Shown in pieces: positions 57,803-64,000 of a stretch of 64,000 nt of DNA. Positions within the stretch are counted from its first letter, which is position 1, and each line of letters opens with the position of its first letter. The translations under genes were made by a program, and so were the position numbers. The DNA is from Balanoglossus misakiensis (lineage: Eukaryota > Animalia > Hemichordata). The notes under the pieces were generated by a model. That model saw nothing but the letters and a program-made list of their open reading frames with translations, did not search any database and was not told the origin of the DNA. Location of the stretch: positions 878,901 to 942,900 of the forward strand of contig CM082593.2 in the NCBI GenBank assembly GCA_040954595.2, read 5' to 3'.

Positions 57803-60800
57803 TCATTCCATGTAAATGTCTTCAGTTGGGTGGGTGTATTCCAGAAACTGATCGTAGAAACTCCGGAAAGCTCTCCTGAAACAGAAAATGAGAAAGTGGA
57901 AATGGAAATTCAATCCAGCCTGTCAAATACAGACACAGGAAACTAAACCCACAGATCCATTCTGCTGACATCTAACTCTACAATTTAATGAATTCTGTAT
58001 ACTTCCAATAGCATTCAAAATTTATTCACATCACAAAATATTTCACTCTCTCCATCATATCACTTACCCAAAGGCTTCTGCTACAGGTTTAGTTGAATTA
58101 CCATCTTCTGCAATAAACACATGACAGGCAAACCGTCTCTCTGACGGATGCTTGGTGATAAAACCAAAGTACCTGAGAAAAATTACAACAAAAAATAGCA
58201 TCAATGATACTGTGCTCACATTTGATCAGAACTGGTACATACATGTGTGACAGAATTTTGTTTGCAAGGAAATAAACTCTTGTATCACTCACCTGTCATT
58301 TTTGGGATGATATCCACAGAAAGACACGTGTTTCAATGAAAAGAAATGATTGTGTGAGGATCTCTTGTCTCCTTTATTTCCCAGTAATTTTCCCATTTTC
58401 TTCCTCACGCTATCCCCTCTCTGAAAAAAGTCACAAAAACACAAATGCTGAATGAAAGCATCTGGTGTTACTATGCATCCTTCAAACACATTTAAAAGAT
58501 AAAACAATGGCTGCTGGAAACAAACACACATACAACAATTACATGCAAAACAAAATTTTAGGCAACATTTATTATATATGTGATCATGTATGAATTAGTC
58601 CATATACAGATAAACTCAATTGAACATGGACAGAATGTACACTAACACACATACACATCACATAACTGCATATAAGTACATACAACAATTGGTTACATGC
58701 ACAGTTCTCAACAGTAAGGCCACTGTGATAATCAAGAGGTACAAGAACAAAGTCTAAAACAGACTGAGAGGATCTTCTTGTAAGATGGCAAGGAACTTAC
58801 TTCAGAGTCTGACCCAGAACCCTCCTCCTCAACCTCAGGCTGAAGGAGATCAAGGAGATAGACAGAAAGAAGAAATAGAAGAGTAAAGACAGATTGCAGT
58901 GTGACCAAAGAACTGGCAGCCTCGAAAGACACAATGATAGAATTTTCTATGGTTTATGGCTTTTAACTAATTCAGAATCGTACCGTATCGTATCTTATCT
59001 TATTGTATCACATCATTGTATTGTGTTATATCTCATATACCTGTGTTGCTTTTGGTTTTGACTGATCTGTCATCTTGATACCTCTGACACTGATTTCCAA
59101 CAGACAGAGAGTTGGCGGACTTCTGGCGATGGTCATCCTTCTGGCGGTCACAATCTGAAATCAGGGGAAGAACTTGCACGTCAGAACACTCATTCTGTTG
59201 AGTTGTCCTACTGTCTTCAGTGGCAGTGTTTGACAAATGATTTTCTTAGAAATGAGCAATCTTGCTACAAGTCAATAGAACTCAAAAGACCTCAGAGCAG
59301 ACCCACCTTCTGCATTGCTTTACACAAGACATCATTGCCTTTGTGTGTGGGCACTTCTATAGAGCCAAGGAACTTGAGAAGAAATTTATCAATACACCAA
59401 GCCCTTCCTCCCATACCTAGAAAAAAGAACATTCATGTTTCAATATTACGCTGCCAAAGATGACAAAATGCAAATTTGCCTTAGATAACAGGTGTTCTAC
59501 TCATTAGCATAATATCCCTAATCTATCAAGAGAATAATACCTGGTTCACATTCTGTATCTTCAGATATCTCTCGGACATACACACTTGGAAAACAGCCCT
59601 CAGCAGCACTCCGTAAATTAATTCCTTCGTACCACAAATCTTCACACATGGCCTCCACATACACAGGGTCACCAATGTCAAGTTCAATTTCATCGTCATG
59701 TCTCTTCAAAAATCTGAACATGGCAAGGTGTGTCTGTTGTTTGATTTCTCCATTTACACGCAAAGTTACTGGGGTGAAGCCTCCTGTGTTTTTCGTTTGA
59801 GATCCTGTATCAGAGAAAGAGAGAGAGAGATACAGTGACACAAAATGAGAGATACAGATTGGGAAAGACACATGGGGACATGGATAGAGAGATATGACAG
59901 GGCTAATCATGATGGCAATGGAAATGTTATGATTGTTTTCAAAAAATCAAACAGCAAGAAGTTTTCATCTGCATTATAAACAGAAAATAAATCCTACCAT
60001 CAACCTCTTCTGACTTGTTGAAGAGATTTTTGAGTTTCTGTTTGTTGTTTGGTTTTGCTTTGGGGGTTGAGTCTTCTAGGAGTAGGAGATTACCGGCCGA
60101 TAACATCGGTTTGTGTTCACGACTGGTGGAGTCAAATGCAAATGTTGGACTTTCAGTGGGAATCACATTGACCTCTGGAGGGCTTTGTGTACATGGAGAA
60201 TAACCGTATTCCGTCTGTTTGTCTGTGTGCAGCTCAGATTCCTTCTTCTCAGCTTGATCCAGCTCAGCTTGCAGATTACCTGTTGAAAGTGTGTGATGTC
60301 ATTGACATTTGGAAGCAAGCTTGGAAGAAAACTTCCCAATGATATCAAAGGACTCCAGGTGGTCAGGGTGCCCAGGAATAAACATGAACATACTACTTTA
60401 TATGTATTGTTGTTGTTTTTTATTTTACAAGTATGTATATTTGGAATGAGAAGTCAAACCTGCAGCAACAGGAAGCTTTGGGAGCTGTCTTCCATTGCTT
60501 CTGGTCATCACAGCTGATGTGGTTTCAACACTTTCTTCTGTACCGATGTAGAATGTCTGTAAGATACAATCATACACTTGATGTGATATTATAACAGGTA
60601 AATTCAACATCTCTAGACATTTTTCTGGTAATATATGTTTTATATGCTGTTTGGGCCATACTGGATTAGTGATTGTCACAGCATTACATAACCTAAGCTG
60701 TCACCTTTTCATCCAATTTATTGCTTCTGTACTGTACCTCTATTGAATTTTAAAAGCCCCTACTGTGTTTTAAGTGTCTCTGCATAACTACTGTCTTCTG

Positions 60801-62248
60801 TGGAATTACATGCTACAAATACATATCACTGCCTTCATACCCTCCATAGATCAGCATGGTATGGTCTAAATGACAATGGTAAACAACTGGATCATTCCAT
60901 TATGTATGTGTTCAAGGGTTAAAACTAATGGTACTCACAGTTTCTTCCACCACATCAGACTCTTCTTCAAAAATATTTAGCGTTTGTTTTGTTTCACTGT
61001 CACCAGTTTCCACTTCCTCCATGATGTCAAGTTTGATCATTTCTGCTTGTAAATTATTCTCCTCTGCAGTCTTTCTTGATCTGTATCTCTTGTGCTCGGC
61101 TGAAAAGAAGATGAAAAATATTACATAGTAGGTAGATGTATATACATTTATACAGAGTTGCAAAATATACTCAAACTGCATCCCAGACAGAAAGTGAGGA
61201 AACAAAACCAATAATTCTCCACTTACGTGTCATTCTGAAATGATCATTATTATAACCGACATCTTCCTCATCAGTGGATGGAAGGTCACTGAATTCGTTC
61301 TCAACATCCAGTAGATCTTCACTCTGATAGGTGTCTAGATTAATATCATGGGTCAGTCTACAACAGCAAGATCACAAAAAAATATGTGTGGTACAATGTG
61401 CATGGTAATGTTTAATATCATTCAAACTCATAGCGTGTATGTGTATGTGTGTTTTCGTCCATAGAAAAACCATTTGTACAAAAGTGCTAATCTAGTTTTA
61501 TATTTGATATTTGCTATGTCAATTGACACCCACCCACACCGACTCCAATCGACCACGCCCATCACGGCCTTTGTGCCACTGTATTGTCTGTCACAGCTGG
61601 ATGTCGCCTATTCACACATTACTGTATAATTATGGGTAGCATTATAAATTTGATTATTTCTATCCCCAATATCACAGAGAAAATGTCACTTTATAATTAC
61701 ATTACCCGATTAGACAAAGTTGCAATTAAAATTAAACTGTTTAGCTGTAATAGTGTTAGCTGTATTCTACAGACAGCAATGTGATCTTGTACTGAAATGC
61801 ATCCGCTTGCATTATTTCATGATTTCAATTTCATCAGTCATTCATTGCACTCGTCTCGTAGATACAATTTTATTATTACGACTGTGGTGTATGGATTTTC
61901 CTAGAATAATTTCATCGCTCTCCCAACAACAAAGTCCATTCAACGTGCTTGTTTGCCAAAAGGACCGGAAAACCTGACCAAACAATGAAAGCGTCCGACG
62001 ATAGCGATCATTCAACCATCCGTACGTAAACAATAGCAAGGGATGCGATGGAGTCATTGGAGAACGATTGATGGATTCGCGCACTTGACGGTAACTTTAA
62101 AACTACTCATCTCCTTCGACGGTCCCATGTTTTCACTGCCAATCTTTGCGAACATTAAGCGTTATATCTTTCACAGTATCTTTTGTCAGAGGTCTGTTCC
62201 ATCAACTTACCTGTACGAATTAACGTGTGAAGCGTACTTGTCGGCCAT
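57803..62248 (-). CDS. MAPK8IP1: JNK-interacting protein 1/2-type scaffold (MAPK8IP1/2, Aplip1): SH3 + PTB + kinesin-light-chain-binding tail
   Basis: Exon 1 (62211-62248, [13 protein letters not shown]) splices to LTHDINL, like the JIP1 N-terminal FRLTHDISL. SH3 [27 protein letters not shown]...EGCFPSVY at ~59540-59800. [14 protein letters not shown]...[27 protein letters not shown]...RFACHVF. C-terminus [11 protein letters not shown]. Confidence 0.92.
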
Positions 62249-62699
62249 TTTGGATGAAGATAAACTGCTCTGGGAGACTAGAATTAACAGAGCATCACTT
62301 CGTCAGTTTTCGGCGTGAAGTTAGAGACCCGTTAGCTCTACTTAGAGCTGTTTCAACGTCTGAAAATCTTTAATGGCTCGAACAAGATCTACTCCGAAGG
62401 GAAATTAATGTAGACGTCGATATTTACGTTTATTAGGAGAACCCAGTTCGCCGCGACATATGCGCCCTCAACGGACTAAAACAGAATCTGGGATCTCATT
62501 TTTAGTTTTACAACCTTTCGACGCAAAAGAAGAAATCCAAAGAAAATTAAAGCTGCAAGCAGCGTTGAAGGGGCCCAAGCATAGTGTGAATAACCATTAG
62601 ACTCCATTCAGTGTTGTACAATTCAAATGCGTAGACTGTATTTGCTCTCGATGTTGAGATATTGGGAAGTAGCCAACCACCCGAAATGCATGTCCTACA

Positions 62700-63700
62700 A
62701 GTACAAACACAACAACCAAAGGTGAACTTCTACGTTGTAAGTACTTCAGTAAGTACATCAAAGGTCAGCTGAGGTACCCAAAATTGGGACAAAAATTAGG
62801 ATTCTCTTTTGGTTCATATTCAAGACAACGGAAAATCCCCGCCCTTTGGGTTTGTCAAATTAGATATGGCCATAATAATGAGTTACGCAAGTAAGTTACA
62901 GGTGGCCCCAGGAATTTAGCATTTCATGACACAGAGGGTCCTACCCTACCCCTCCAAACACCTGGCTATATATGATGTGCATGCTAACATATGGAAAGCA
63001 GGTCAATGGACACCTGACGTCACCCAAAAATTTGACAATAAATTGTCATTCCTGTTTATGTCATGTGCAACAAATCATGCATCTGCAGCCCTTCCACTTT
63101 GCCTACCATTAGGTATACATGTAATACATGAATCAAGCAGGTGTCACAGGTATCCCCTTGTATTTGGCATTTCATGATAATTTCATCCCTCCAAATACCA
63201 AAGCTGCACCTGTACAACGTGCTGAGATGTGGCACTGTACGACAGAGGTCATCCAAATCACCTTATACGTTTGGGCAAAAATCAACTGACACACATTCGT
63301 CCCTGTGGAACAAAAACCACACATATCGCCCCGTTGGTTAGTGTAAAATTAAATGTACAAAATCAATGACTTTGGCAGGTGCAACAGGTGACCCCGCCTT
63401 TGGTATACCATTATGGTCCTATCCGTATATCCCCCCACTCCAAACCTGCATGCATCTGCTTTTATTCACTAAGCAAAAGCAGGTGAAATGTCACATAAGG
63501 TCGCCCACAACTTGACAGGAAAATCGGACTTCATATTGATCCATGTGCAACAAAAATCACGCTAGCATCCCTTTCATTGACCCCACAATTACGCATGCAC
63601 ATAATTGAGTTACGCAGGTGACCCCCGAAACGGGCGTATTATTTTGGTCCCATACAGCTGCATGAACCTACGTGCCATTACGGGCGACCTGATAACCCCC
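62700..63700. repeat. Old degenerate tandem array, ~240-bp period, ~4 units
   Basis: The motif catgtgcaacaaa / cctgtggaacaaaa recurs at 63062, 63302 and 63542, with a weaker copy at ~62820. caggt(g/a)Ncccc recurs at ~62899, ~63147, ~63385 and ~63615. gagttacgca occurs at ~62880 and ~63607. Confidence 0.65.
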
Positions 63701-64000
63701 ACGGCCACCTGCGAGCCGACCCCCATACTGAACATCCAGTTGCAATGTCTTGACTGAAGTAGGAACTTTTGAACGGCAACGAAGCCTGATCTCTGATTAT
63801 TGCTGGTACCATACTCCCTTCGTGCAAGAAAATCACTGGTCTGCTTACGTATTCGGCCGATTTCCCGAACTAATACCCACTACATGTGACTACCATGCTA
63901 ATGAAACCTGACTCGCCCATTAGCGACTGAGGGTCAAAGTCCACTGCCGCAATGTTAACCAGTGTAGCCGGGTCTGGATAGAAACATTTGAACGGCAACA

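Overview
This is AT-rich, intron-containing animal genomic DNA. An invertebrate deuterostome such as a hemichordate or echinoderm is plausible, but that is an impression only. (1) Bases 1-9290 are a highly homogeneous satellite of about 105 copies of an 87-bp unit; all the giant ORFs there are artefacts of the repeat. (2) Bases 10-36 kb hold a cluster of three paralogous rhodopsin-type neuropeptide GPCRs of the tachykinin/luqin(RYamide)/leucokinin group: one inverted, disabled copy and two intact 5-exon genes. (3) Bases 43.5-62.3 kb are a compact gene block: an 8-exon S-adenosylmethionine synthetase (MAT) with unusual active-site substitutions, PARG head-to-head with RPS24, and a JIP1/MAPK8IP-type SH3+PTB scaffold. 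(4) There are several MITE-like inverted-repeat elements, one ending in a ~145-nt hairpin whose mismatches are all tandem G.A or GNA motifs, plus an old ~240-bp degenerate tandem array at the right end. Exon structures were read by eye from GT-AG sites and frame continuity; no database searches were run. The best leads are the strand-specific hairpin element, the divergent MAT and the leucokinin-receptor-like GPCR cluster. None is demonstrably a new system from sequence alone.
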